Assembly (NCBI GenBank): GCA_023484085.1
Contig: JAMDAS010000002.1
Location: 536-64,535 of the forward strand
Source of the DNA: Candidatus Omnitrophota bacterium
Lineage (GTDB): Bacteria; Ratteibacteria; UBA8468; B48-G9; DTJG01
Reading direction: 5' to 3'
Length of the DNA stretch: 64,000 bases
Under the pieces are notes generated by a model. The model was given only the letters and a program-made list of their open reading frames with translations, was not told the origin of the DNA and ran no database searches. A program made the position numbers and the translations under genes. Numbering within the stretch: the first letter of the stretch is position 1; every line of letters begins with the position of its first letter. This document shows positions 17,389 through 26,790 of the stretch, one piece after another.

Positions 17389-18549
17389 TCAAGGTTGTAT
17401 AATTTTTTTCTTTACAGGAATTGGAGGGAAATATATGAAAAGATGACTTATACGGTCACTTTCTCCCAGGTAAATTTCTCCATTTACACCGGTACATGCA
17501 GAAGAAAACTCATAACCATGCCAGAAATTTTCTGTTGCAGCGGAGGGCATACCGAGCTCTACAAGTGAAGACGTATCAGGGTCGTAAGAGAAAAGATGAG
17601 CCATTCCCTCTTTTTCACCGCTTATACCATAAATGATGCCATCATTTCCTGCTGTCATTGCCGGGATACCCGTTTCAGACGTTACCTTCCCGATGGTTTT
17701 TATAAAGTTTGTCTCGGGGTTAAAACTAAATAAAACGCCATCACCAGAGCCTCCGCCATAAATCAGCCTGTCGTATTTATTGAATACTGCAGAATCAAGC
17801 TTATTGTAAAGATCTCTTCCTGTAATAGTCGGGATTGAAACAGAAAGCTTTGTAAATTTGTTATCCAGTATACTATATTTATAAAGATGGCCAAAAGCAC
17901 CACAACAATATACGTTCCCTTTATCATCCAGGACAAGCGTTTCAGAAAAAAGTCCATTTTTATCTATCTGACATATTAAATTCACTTTTTTATGCTCAAT
18001 GTCAAAGGAAAAAAGAGTACCTGTTTTTCCGGTTATTCCATAGATTAAATTTCGGGCACTGTCAATTATTAAAGAACAGATGTATTCCCCTGTAACAGGA
18101 ACAAGAAGTTTTTCAATAGTCCCACAATCTGTTTTCCCTTCAGACATTCTGTCGTTTTTGGTGTTATATGCAAATATGTATCCTTCCCCATTTCCTTCTG
18201 AAATACCACCATAAATAATCCCGTTTTTACCTGCTACAAGGGATTTTTTTACTGACGTTGTTCTTTCTATTACTCCTATGTCACAGACACCATCCGCTTC
18301 AGGACCCGGGTCATAATAAAAAAGGTGACTTTTTTTTCCTGTTGTCGCACCATATATTTTGCCATTATCCCCCAGACATAAAGAGGTTATGGCACATTCA
18401 CCAGGTGGTATTGGTTCTGAAAGTGATTGGTGAATTCGTAAAACCCGGTTTATCATAAATCCGTTTTTTATGGTTGTTGAATATTTTTCAACCGGATAGT
18501 CGGGTTTTATGGGCCAGGTTCTTTTTTCCAGGTCTTTTTCAAGCATCAT
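17389..18549 (-). CDS. Hypothetical beta-propeller repeat protein
   Basis: 386 aa with about seven repeats of G-x-IYG-(x)n-G-x-LF-x-YD/P (GKIYGATTGKKSHLFYYDP, NLIYGITGKTGTLFSFD, GIIYGISGEKEGMAHLFSYDP...). Confidence 0.7.
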   Translation of the reverse strand: MMLEKDLEKRTWPIKPDYPVEKYSTTIKNGFMINRVLRIHQSLSEPIPPGECAITSLCLGDNGKIYGATTGKKSHLFYYDPGPEADGVCDIGVIERTTSVKKSLVAGKNGIIYGGISEGNGEGYIFAYNTKNDRMSEGKTDCGTIEKLLVPVTGEYICSLIIDSARNLIYGITGKTGTLFSFDIEHKKVNLICQIDKNGLFSETLVLDDKGNVYCCGAFGHLYKYSILDNKFTKLSVSIPTITGRDLYNKLDSAVFNKYDRLIYGGGSGDGVLFSFNPETNFIKTIGKVTSETGIPAMTAGNDGIIYGISGEKEGMAHLFSYDPDTSSLVELGMPSAATENFWHGYEFSSACTGVNGEIYLGESDRISHLFIYFPPIPVKKKIIQP

Positions 18550-18550
18550 T

Positions 18551-19834
18551 TTACCCCCAGGGTTTTATATCCTTAAAAGAAAAGACTTTTTTATTCTTTG
18601 ATGCGCTGTCAGGTCTGTAAATATACATGCCCGTAGGAGATTGCCCTGCATCTGCAAAATATAAATTACCATAAAAATCCTGGGTTGCACTTGCGATATG
18701 TCCTGACTTATGCTCTCCAAATACGAGCGGACAAACTTTTTCTCTTTCAAGGGTTTTGGGATTTAATCTTATTATCCATCTATTTTGAGGTTCTTCCCAG
18801 CCAAGCTTCATGACAAAATATAGATTTCCATCCATGCCAAAAACCAGTCCTCTTACCTGGCATTCTTCCAATGCCGTATCTGTTTTAAAATCCCGGGGAC
18901 CAAAAGCCCTGCCTAAATCCTCCATAATACCTTCTTTATCAGTATAAGGATTATATTTCCATATACGGGATTCATATCCCCAGTCAGTTCCATAAAAACA
19001 GGACCGGTCCGGCGCAGGGACCACATCATAAGGAACGTTATGCCATCCCTGCCTGTAAGATTCATGCGGGCACTTTACGTTAAGTTTTCTTATCTCATCT
19101 GTATCAGCATCGCATTTAAGAACGAACCCATAATCATCTGTTGTGTAGGCATTTCCATATTTATCAAGAAAGACCGCCTGGGGGTTTATATCCCCTATTC
19201 TGCCAAGGTCCATGTATTTGCGTGAGTTTATATAAAAGACGTAAAAATGATTTCTTGGCCAGGTGATTCCATATAGTTTCATTCTTTTTTCATCAAAAGC
19301 AAGGGCGCGGCTGCCTTCTTTTTTGGGCCCTGTCCCAAAATTTTCAATCGTGTTTGTGGATGGATTGTACGTAAAAATATAGGAGCATGGAAAATATCTT
19401 TTCATATCGTCCCACGAGTTCCATGGCCGCCATATAGGGTCTCCCAGTGGAGGACCTGAAGCATGTGTTGCACAATAAAGGAGCCCATTACCTGCCGGCA
19501 AAAGACAATAATGTATTTTTGACTGGGTGGCATGACCATTATCCGGCGGTTCACCCACTGCCGGGCCCACCTCAATAAGGTACTCCAGGGTTTCTGTTTC
19601 AGGGATGTAACGTAAAATAAAAACACTTAATCCACCTGTGGATTCACCACATGCAGCAATATAAACGTTTCCATCAGCACCCGTGCATAATCCCCACGTA
19701 GAATCATGTCTTGGTAATTTATCAAAACGCAGGTCCTCTATCTCTCCACCAAGTGCTTTATTTCTTGTTTGTTTTTGCATGGCTTTGCCTATTTGTTTAA
19801 TGGTATATTTTAGTTTTTTATTATCATATGTCAA
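18551..19834 (-). CDS. Hypothetical beta-propeller repeat protein (distant paralogue of the downstream gene)
   Basis: 427 aa with repeated GNVY/GLLY/GNLYF blade motifs. Only 1 nt separates it from the next ORF. Confidence 0.65.
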   Translation of the reverse strand: MTYDNKKLKYTIKQIGKAMQKQTRNKALGGEIEDLRFDKLPRHDSTWGLCTGADGNVYIAACGESTGGLSVFILRYIPETETLEYLIEVGPAVGEPPDNGHATQSKIHYCLLPAGNGLLYCATHASGPPLGDPIWRPWNSWDDMKRYFPCSYIFTYNPSTNTIENFGTGPKKEGSRALAFDEKRMKLYGITWPRNHFYVFYINSRKYMDLGRIGDINPQAVFLDKYGNAYTTDDYGFVLKCDADTDEIRKLNVKCPHESYRQGWHNVPYDVVPAPDRSCFYGTDWGYESRIWKYNPYTDKEGIMEDLGRAFGPRDFKTDTALEECQVRGLVFGMDGNLYFVMKLGWEEPQNRWIIRLNPKTLEREKVCPLVFGEHKSGHIASATQDFYGNLYFADAGQSPTGMYIYRPDSASKNKKVFSFKDIKPWG

Positions 19835-19891
19835 ATTTCAGATAATATCACTGAAGTTCCGACATTATGATAGGTATTGTTTGAACGGCAA

Positions 19892-20098
19892 TCAGGATTT
19901 TTTCGGATTTGAAAATTCCTTCTTTTTTTGTCCTGACAGCCGTGCAACCTGTGTCGTATCTAATATAACATCCAGCACAGTAGGGTCCTTTTTACTGTAA
20001 AATCCCAGTACGGGCATATTCTGAAACATTCCTTTGAAATATTCTGTTTTGCCATCCCTGCTTTTTACAAGATTTAACCGGCCTAAAAATATATTCAT
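19892..20098 (-). CDS. Hypothetical small protein
   Basis: 68-aa ORF tightly packed between lgt (1-nt gap) and the propeller genes. I recognise no motif. Confidence 0.4.
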   Translation of the reverse strand: MNIFLGRLNLVKSRDGKTEYFKGMFQNMPVLGFYSKKDPTVLDVILDTTQVARLSGQKKKEFSNPKKS

Positions 20099-20099
20099 T

Positions 20100-20888
20100 T
20101 TATTTCCTTTGTAAATTATTGGATTTTAAAAATTGAAGATAAATAATCCAGGCAGCACCTGCTATAAAAAATATAAGTCCAAAAATCTGTGTGGCATATA
20201 ACCCAAAAAATGAAGAAGAAACAAGGTCCCCACGTAAAAAGTCCAGTCCAACCCTTAAAGCTCCATACAAAATAAAATACCAGCCTATTACCTCCCCGTT
20301 TTTATGCGGTCTTCTATAAAGGAAGAGATAAAGCACTAAAAATATCATAAGATTGGCAAAGGATTCAAATAATTGTGTTGGATATACAGGATACGTTAAT
20401 TCCGGAAATTGTACAGCAAATATACCGGTAGTTGCCAGACCATAGCAGTTTCCATTCATAAAATCAGCCAACCTTCCTATTGCCTGTCCCACAGGGACAG
20501 AGATTGCCAGCATATCAAAAAGAACCAATAAATTTATGGTTTTATTCTTTCTTAAAAAAATTATAAGAGATATAAATGGCAGCATAAGTGCGCCCTGGAT
20601 AGCAAGACCGCCTTTTCTTATGTCAGGTATTTCAATCGGATGGCTGAAGTAGTAGTGAGGATTCACAAGGACATGAAGTAATCTTCCTCCTATTACGCCT
20701 GATATAACCACAATAAAAAAAATCTTTTCTATTGTATTTTCCGGATATGATTTTTTTTTGGCAAGTTTTTGAAATATAAAAAAACTGACATATACACCTA
20801 TGGCAATCATTACTCCATACCAGTAAATTACAAATCCATGTATTACAAGAAATATAGGATACATTTTTCTATTATACAATAATGTCAA
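20100..20888 (-). CDS. lgt: Prolipoprotein diacylglyceryl transferase
   Basis: 262 aa, polytopic, with the Lgt-typical pattern (YGVMIAIG, GGRL.HV, GGLAIQGA, GRL.NF.NG..YG, P.YPTQL.ES). Confidence 0.9.
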   Translation of the reverse strand: MTLLYNRKMYPIFLVIHGFVIYWYGVMIAIGVYVSFFIFQKLAKKKSYPENTIEKIFFIVVISGVIGGRLLHVLVNPHYYFSHPIEIPDIRKGGLAIQGALMLPFISLIIFLRKNKTINLLVLFDMLAISVPVGQAIGRLADFMNGNCYGLATTGIFAVQFPELTYPVYPTQLFESFANLMIFLVLYLFLYRRPHKNGEVIGWYFILYGALRVGLDFLRGDLVSSSFFGLYATQIFGLIFFIAGAAWIIYLQFLKSNNLQRK

Positions 20889-20936
20889 CAGGAAGTAATT
20901 ATTTTTTTGCTGATGAATTGTGATAAAATCTTATAC

Positions 20937-21530
20937 ATGCTTGAAATCTGTGAGATTTTTTCTTCTATCCAGGGGGAAGGGTTTAATCAGGGAAGAGCCT
21001 GTGTTTTTATAAGATGCGCCCGCTGTAATTTAAGGTGTAAATTCTGCGACACACGGTATTCCTGGAAAAAAGGAAAAACTGTTGATGAAGAAACCATCGT
21101 CCGAAAAATTGAAAAATTTAACATAAAATCTGTGATAATAACCGGCGGGGAGCCCCTGCTCCAGGATTTAAGGAGAGTTATTTCACTTTTAACAAACAAG
21201 GGATATAAAATCGCGGTGGAAACAAACGGGTTAACGTATCAAAATCTGAATGTTGACTGGCTTACTGTAAGTCCCAAAAAAGCAGGAACAAGACGTTTTA
21301 AAAATGGCTACGATGAAAGATTCAGGAAAACCGCCTCTGAATTCAAGTACGTAATATGTGACATGGAGGATATTAATTTTATTGACAGGAAGATAAAGGT
21401 TCCTGTGATTCTCCAGCCTGTAGACAATGAGCTAAAATTGGCGGAAAAGATCGCAAAAGAGATGGAAAAAATAAAAATTCCAAACTGGTTTTTAAGATTA
21501 CAACTGCATAAGCTCTTAAAAATACAATGA
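20937..21530 (+). CDS. queE: 7-carboxy-7-deazaguanine synthase QueE (radical SAM)
   Basis: EIFSSIQGEG and radical-SAM cluster CNLRCKFCDT. The start is placed at ATG 20937 to match the family N-terminus; the ORF track starts at 20907. Confidence 0.88.
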   Translation: MLEICEIFSSIQGEGFNQGRACVFIRCARCNLRCKFCDTRYSWKKGKTVDEETIVRKIEKFNIKSVIITGGEPLLQDLRRVISLLTNKGYKIAVETNGLTYQNLNVDWLTVSPKKAGTRRFKNGYDERFRKTASEFKYVICDMEDINFIDRKIKVPVILQPVDNELKLAEKIAKEMEKIKIPNWFLRLQLHKLLKIQ

Positions 21531-22183
21531 AAACCGTATGCCTTATCTCAGGAGGACTGGACAGCTTTGTTTCTGCAGGAATTGCCAGGAAAGACGGCTA
21601 TGAATTATACGGACTGACTATTGATTATTCACAAAAACATAAAAAAGAGATTGAATATGCAAAAAAGATAGCCGGTTTTTTGAACGTGGATGAACATAAA
21701 ATCATTACCATTGACCTTTCTTTTCTTTCTTCAGCCCTTACATCAAGAAACATAAAAATCCCTGAAAAACCAGTTACGGGTATTCCTGTAACCTATGTTC
21801 CCGCAAGAAATACGATTTTTATTTCTCTTGCTCTTGCATATGCTGAAAATATTAACGCAGATGCCATCTACTTAGGGATAAATCACATTGATTATTCCGG
21901 TTATCCTGACTGCCGGCCTGAATATATAGAGGCATATCAAAAGCTTATTAACATAGCCACACAAAAAACAGTGAAGGGGGGAAGGATTTTATTAAAAACC
22001 CCTCTTGTCAGCCTGTCAAAATCAGAAATTATACTGATTGGAAACAGCATGCATCTTGATTTTTCATTAAGCTGGTCATGTTACAAGGGAGAGGAAAAAG
22101 CATGTGGGAAATGTCCCTCCTGCGTAATAAGACTGAAAGGCTTTGAAAAGGCGGGACTAAAAGATCCTCTTGAATATAAATAA
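21527..22183 (+). CDS. queC: 7-cyano-7-deazaguanine synthase QueC
   Basis: SGGLDS PP-loop and a C-terminal zinc motif C..C..C.C (SCYKGEEKACGKCPSC). A 4-nt overlap with queE. Confidence 0.92.
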   Translation: MKTVCLISGGLDSFVSAGIARKDGYELYGLTIDYSQKHKKEIEYAKKIAGFLNVDEHKIITIDLSFLSSALTSRNIKIPEKPVTGIPVTYVPARNTIFISLALAYAENINADAIYLGINHIDYSGYPDCRPEYIEAYQKLINIATQKTVKGGRILLKTPLVSLSKSEIILIGNSMHLDFSLSWSCYKGEEKACGKCPSCVIRLKGFEKAGLKDPLEYK

Positions 22184-22204
22184 AAACCCCTCAATAAATA
22201 TTTC

Positions 22205-22356
22205 GTAAATACTCAGTGAACGGTGTTTGAAATAAGTTTGGATTGTCTTTGAAGCTTTGTTTGAAAGAATGTTTTTACAAAGAAGAGAAGAGCAATCCAG
22301 AACTTATTTCCTACTTCAGCTCAGGAAATTATTAACACTGTTTAGTGAATATTTAC
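22205..22356 (+). repeat. Long-palindrome intergenic repeat, copy 1 (MITE/REP-like)
   Basis: 152 bp. Termini GTAAATACTCAGTGAACGGTG / CACTGTTTAGTGAATATTTAC are inverted repeats. Inner arms AAGTTTGGATTGTCTT / AAGAGCAATCCAGAACTT pair with two bulges. Related copies lie at 41355-41511 and 60865-60997. Confidence 0.85.
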
Positions 22357-22365
22357 AATATTTTT

Positions 22366-22393
22366 TTGACAAAAAGTATTATTGGTATAAAAT
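22366..22393 (+). promoter_or_regulatory. Sigma70-like promoter for the TraB-to-ComF operon
   Basis: TTGACA (22366-22371), a 16-nt spacer and TAAAAT (22388-22393), about 60-80 nt upstream of the first ORF. Confidence 0.45.
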
Positions 22394-22450
22394 AATAAAA
22401 ATTTTTTATCTTTATTTTCTGGAGTAATAATTGACTGGGACAATTATTAT

Positions 22451-23626
22451 GTGGAGGATATTTTGTTGTCTAAAATGCCCAGTTTACAAAATACGCTGAA
22501 GAAAAATGCAAAAACAATTTTCATAGTCGTCATTATCCTGTTTGTCTTTATAACACTGTTAACGTCCCGGTTGACGGCAAACAGGCAGAAAATACCCCGA
22601 GCCAACGAAAACGTAACCGGAATACTCGGTATTCAGGGGGAAGAAGGTCAAATCTATAACAAAGCCATTGAATCCCGGGTTAACAACGTATCAAACAATT
22701 TAGAACAATTTCAGAACCAGCTGGACGCCCTCCAAAAACAAAACCAGGCACTGACGGACCAGAACAAGCTTTTGAATGCTGAATTGAGACACATCAATGA
22801 CAGAGTAGATAAAAAAATGAATGAGAATCTCAACGAGGCAATGAATAAAATAGAAACAAAAATATCAAACATTATTCCCACCCGGCAGGTTTCTGCTCCA
22901 TCAACTCCACAATCAGAAAGACTTCAAATTATCAGCTTCCCGCAGAAAAAACAGGAACAGACATCTTACAGTCAAAAAGAACTATATCTTCCGGCAGGTT
23001 CTTTTGTAAAAGGTACGTTATTAAGCGGTGTGTTCGCCCCGGAGAACAAATCAAATCCTCTGCCTGTGGTTTTTTCAGTTGACCAGGCGTTTAATGGTCC
23101 TGCAGGAAGTAAAATCCCGCTTAAAGGAATGCTCGGTATAGGAAAAGCACAGGCGGACATAAATTCAAGCAGGGCGGTTATCCAGGTTGTCAGACTTGCA
23201 TACGTATTCCCTGATGGAAAGGTCTGGGAAAAGAATGTTAATGGTTGGGTCTGTGGTCCTGATGATATTCTTGGAGTAAAAGGAAAGATAATTCAGCAAA
23301 CAGGCAGGGCTTTGGCAGGGGCATTCACTTCAGGGTTTCTTTCCGGGGCATCACAGGCTTTATCACAGGCACAAACATCCACACAGCAAACCATTTCAGG
23401 AACACTTGAAACAAATGTGACAGGAAACACTACAAAGTATGGATTATATTCAGGGCTTGCCTCTGCGGCAGGAAACCTTTCAAACTATTATTCCGGTATG
23501 CTGAATCAGATTATCACAGCAATCAAGATCAGGGCAGGGACACCAATACAGATAGTAATGGAAAAAGGAGTATCAATTGAAAGCGGCAACGATTATAACA
23601 ATCATGGGTATTCTTATCATCAGTAG
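22451..23626 (+). CDS. traB: TraB/VirB10 (TrbI family)-like T4SS core protein
   Basis: Short cytoplasmic N-terminus, one TM helix (IFIVVIILFVFITLLTS), a coiled coil (LEQFQNQLDALQKQNQALTDQNKLLNAEL), then a TrbI-type beta domain (LPAGSFVKGTLLSGV...GKAQADINSSRAVIQVVRL...GTPIQIVMEKGVSI). The true start may be TTG 22466 or ATG 22475. Confidence 0.8.
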   Translation: MEDILLSKMPSLQNTLKKNAKTIFIVVIILFVFITLLTSRLTANRQKIPRANENVTGILGIQGEEGQIYNKAIESRVNNVSNNLEQFQNQLDALQKQNQALTDQNKLLNAELRHINDRVDKKMNENLNEAMNKIETKISNIIPTRQVSAPSTPQSERLQIISFPQKKQEQTSYSQKELYLPAGSFVKGTLLSGVFAPENKSNPLPVVFSVDQAFNGPAGSKIPLKGMLGIGKAQADINSSRAVIQVVRLAYVFPDGKVWEKNVNGWVCGPDDILGVKGKIIQQTGRALAGAFTSGFLSGASQALSQAQTSTQQTISGTLETNVTGNTTKYGLYSGLASAAGNLSNYYSGMLNQIITAIKIRAGTPIQIVMEKGVSIESGNDYNNHGYSYHQ

Positions 23627-23975
23627 CGGCTGTGCGGGTATATCTTCTACAACAAGCCGGCAGTCATCAATGGAAAAGCTCTACAGGCACGCAGAAAAAC
23701 AGGGAAAATATGACACAATAAAAGCAATAGCCCGGCAATTAAAAATAAATAAAGCCCTGGGTTATGTAAAGCCCTATGTGCCTGTAATAAATCCACCAGT
23801 GGTCAAAAGAGCGTGGATTGTTCCCCATCAGACAAAAAATGGTGCCCTGGTTGGCGGATATTGGGTATACATAATAGTTAAAAAGCCTTCCTGGTACATA
23901 GATACACCACAGATGAATATACCCGCAATTACAATTCCTTACGTAAATAAAAATAATAACCGGGGAACAAAATGA
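23577..23975 (+). CDS. traV: TraV-like outer-membrane lipoprotein
   Basis: TTG start 6 nt after AAAAAGGAG. Lipobox ISSGC. The C-terminal motif PPVVKRAWIVPHQTKNGALVGGYWVYIIVKKPSW resembles the F-type TraV signature (R.WI.P..D..G.L.....VY.V). Confidence 0.65.
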   Translation: MKAATIITIMGILIISSGCAGISSTTSRQSSMEKLYRHAEKQGKYDTIKAIARQLKINKALGYVKPYVPVINPPVVKRAWIVPHQTKNGALVGGYWVYIIVKKPSWYIDTPQMNIPAITIPYVNKNNNRGTK

Positions 23976-26374
23976 TAACAGAAAAAATATGGGAAAATTT
24001 ATTTGACGAGGGACAAGGCATAGCGGATTTTCTGCCATATTACAGCTTTGAAGATGATGTATTTACATTTGTTGATGGAAGTCTCGGAAAAGGGCTTATT
24101 CTTTCACAGATACCCATTGAACTTAAAACAGATGCAGAACTTGATGTTTTGGCTGCACAGGTTGAGACCCTTATAACCCGCTTCAGACCCGGCTTCTCTT
24201 ATCAGTTTCTACTGCTTTCTATTCCTGACGTCTCAGAAAAATTGGATAAATACTTGTCATACAAAGAAGCGGAACCTTCAGGCCAGTCAAAAATATTCTC
24301 ACAGGGAAAGATTGAAAACATAAAAAAAGGGGCAAACGGGTTTTTCAGGGAAGGCGCAACAACGTATTCTACAAGAGAGATCCATCTGGTTTTTACAATC
24401 AGGTTTTTCCCTTCCCACGGCAAAATGGATTTAGACAGTTTTCAACGGACACTGCAATCAGACAGACAGGCACTTTTAGACCACTATAGCGAGCTATGCT
24501 CTGTTTTGCAGAACCTTAATCTTGGATACAGGGAAATTGACGGAACAGTTCTGGTAGAAATTTTAAGCCGGATGTCCGCTCCAGACAGGCTCCCCCGCAA
24601 TTATAATCCTTCAAAATCTATCAGGCAGCAGATTTTTCTTTCAAATCCTTTTGTAGATGGCGAAGGTTTTGTTCTGGATAAAACAAAGACCATCATTATT
24701 TCACTGATAGAACTTCCTTTAAAAACGTTTCCGGGAATGTTTTGTGTGGGAAGAGAAAAAACTTCTGTGATTGATTTGGCAAGCAATATTGCAATGATTG
24801 TGAACATAGCCTGTAATGACCAGACGGAAGAGATGGAAAAGGTAAAAAGAAAAAGCTCTTTTGCGTTTATCCACAAGACAAATATTCTCGGGGACAGGTC
24901 CATAGAAGCTGACCTTATCAAGAAAGATACTGACACGGTCATAGAAAAAGTGTTTGGACAGGGCAGGAAAATTCTTAACTGTTCCACACATTTTCTTGTC
25001 TGGGAAAACAAAGAAAGCGGAATTGAGAATGAAATAATCAATACGCTCCATTTTCTTGGCTGCGAGGGAGTAAAAGAGAATTTGATAGGAGCAGGCCTGT
25101 TTCTTGCATGCCTTCCTTTTGGATATGACTATAAATTTGAAAAGTTTTATCAGAGAAGTCACAAGATGTTGTCTGATAACGCCAGTGATATTATTCCGGT
25201 CTGGGGTTCCGGCACAGGTTCAAATACACCGGCAGCTATTTTTACAAACAGGCAGGGAAGAGTGTTTTTCTTTGACCCGTTTGACAGCAACAGTCCGCAT
25301 TTTCTTACTGTAGGAATAACCGGGGCAGGGAAAAGTGTGTTTTGTAATAACCTTATTATGGAAGGTCTACGGCTCGGTTCTCATATATTCGTAATTGACA
25401 GGGGTGGCTCATACCAGAGAATTTGTGAAGTAAATGGGGGGCAATACGTTGAAATAGACCCGAATAATCCGACATGTATAAATCCTTTTTCCTCTTCTCT
25501 TAATCCTGAAAATCTTGCCTTTTCGGTTATGCTTGTTTCAGAAATGGCAAGCGGAGGAGAAGATACAGAAAGACTGAGAAGAGAAGAAAGAGCAATCATC
25601 CAGGGAGCAATACAAAATGCCTACCATGAAGTGGCAGGCAGACAGGTAACCCTTTCTGACGTGGCGGAACAGTTAAATAAAGATGAACTACCTGGTAAAA
25701 GACTAATCCTGAAATTGTTGCCATTTTTAAAAAAAGGCCATTATGGCGGATTTTTTGATGGACAGAACCAGCTGGATATCACAAATAATTTTGTGGTTTT
25801 TGAATTAGGGGCGCTTGGCGGATGGAAGGATTTACAGACAGTTCTTTTACTCGCCTTAATGTATCTTCTTACGGGTAAGGTGGCAGGAATGAAAGACATC
25901 AGGAAATACCTTTTGATAGACGAGGCATGGACTCTTCTTAACACGGAAAACACAGCCCGGTTTATAGAAAACGCTTTCAGGACCTTTAGGAAATACAGGT
26001 GCAGCGTAGGGGCAATCTCACAGCAGCTCCAGGACTTTTTTAATACAAAGGCGGGTAATTCCATTATGGCAAATGCAGTCAACAGGATTTATCTTGCGCA
26101 GAATCCTGAAGTGGTTGAAAGTATGAAAGAACAGCTCGGTTTGAATGAAATACAGGTAAAAACGTTAAAAAGCATAAAAACTATCAAGGGCAGATATTCT
26201 GAAGCAATGATAAAAACAGATGCGGATTCCGGTATAGTAAGACTGATTCTTGACCCTGCAAGCTATTGGCTGTTTACAACCGACCCCAAAGACATTTCAA
26301 GACTTAATGAGGCGGTTAAACAAACAGGGAGCCTTGAAAAAGCCATAGAAACACTAACAAAGGAGCGGGTATGA
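23972..26374 (+). CDS. traC: TraC/VirB4-family T4SS ATPase (F-type TraC-like)
   Basis: 800 aa. TraC_F_IV-like N-terminus (DFLPYYSFEDDVFTFVDGSLGKGL), Walker A GITGAGKS, Walker B LLIDEAW. ATGA overlap with traV. Confidence 0.88.
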   Translation: MITEKIWENLFDEGQGIADFLPYYSFEDDVFTFVDGSLGKGLILSQIPIELKTDAELDVLAAQVETLITRFRPGFSYQFLLLSIPDVSEKLDKYLSYKEAEPSGQSKIFSQGKIENIKKGANGFFREGATTYSTREIHLVFTIRFFPSHGKMDLDSFQRTLQSDRQALLDHYSELCSVLQNLNLGYREIDGTVLVEILSRMSAPDRLPRNYNPSKSIRQQIFLSNPFVDGEGFVLDKTKTIIISLIELPLKTFPGMFCVGREKTSVIDLASNIAMIVNIACNDQTEEMEKVKRKSSFAFIHKTNILGDRSIEADLIKKDTDTVIEKVFGQGRKILNCSTHFLVWENKESGIENEIINTLHFLGCEGVKENLIGAGLFLACLPFGYDYKFEKFYQRSHKMLSDNASDIIPVWGSGTGSNTPAAIFTNRQGRVFFFDPFDSNSPHFLTVGITGAGKSVFCNNLIMEGLRLGSHIFVIDRGGSYQRICEVNGGQYVEIDPNNPTCINPFSSSLNPENLAFSVMLVSEMASGGEDTERLRREERAIIQGAIQNAYHEVAGRQVTLSDVAEQLNKDELPGKRLILKLLPFLKKGHYGGFFDGQNQLDITNNFVVFELGALGGWKDLQTVLLLALMYLLTGKVAGMKDIRKYLLIDEAWTLLNTENTARFIENAFRTFRKYRCSVGAISQQLQDFFNTKAGNSIMANAVNRIYLAQNPEVVESMKEQLGLNEIQVKTLKSIKTIKGRYSEAMIKTDADSGIVRLILDPASYWLFTTDPKDISRLNEAVKQTGSLEKAIETLTKERV

Positions 26375-26790
26375 AAAAGATAATAATACTTTTTGTTTTT
26401 TGGACTGTTTTAACTGCAGCCGGGGCTTTGAAAGCACAAAATGTTTCTGAAAATATCACAACAGATACGGCTATAAAACATCATAAACATCCAGGTTTTG
26501 TTGATTTTTTTCAGGATATTTTTTCCCCGGGAAAAGAAAAAGAGAAAAAAGCATATAAAGAAGGGTATAAGGCAGGCGTGAAAGAACAATTAAAGAAATT
26601 CAGGGAGAACTTTGTAGATAACCAGGTCCCTTATTATTACTGGCAATCACCTATTGTCCAGAAAGTAAAAATCCCGGCGCAGCTCGTTAACGGGTTTTTT
26701 ATACCATCACACTATGAATACGTAATTATCCAGCCGGGCAAATGGCAGAAGGAATATGCCTATCCCATTGCAAAAGGAGAATCCCGATGA
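26371..26790 (+). CDS. Secreted protein with a TraV-like C-terminal motif
   Basis: Signal peptide (AAGALKAQ). The C-terminus SPIVQKVKIPAQLVNGFFIPSHYEYVIIQPGKW aligns with the motif of the 132-aa lipoprotein. ATGA overlaps on both sides. Confidence 0.6.
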   Translation: MKKIIILFVFWTVLTAAGALKAQNVSENITTDTAIKHHKHPGFVDFFQDIFSPGKEKEKKAYKEGYKAGVKEQLKKFRENFVDNQVPYYYWQSPIVQKVKIPAQLVNGFFIPSHYEYVIIQPGKWQKEYAYPIAKGESR

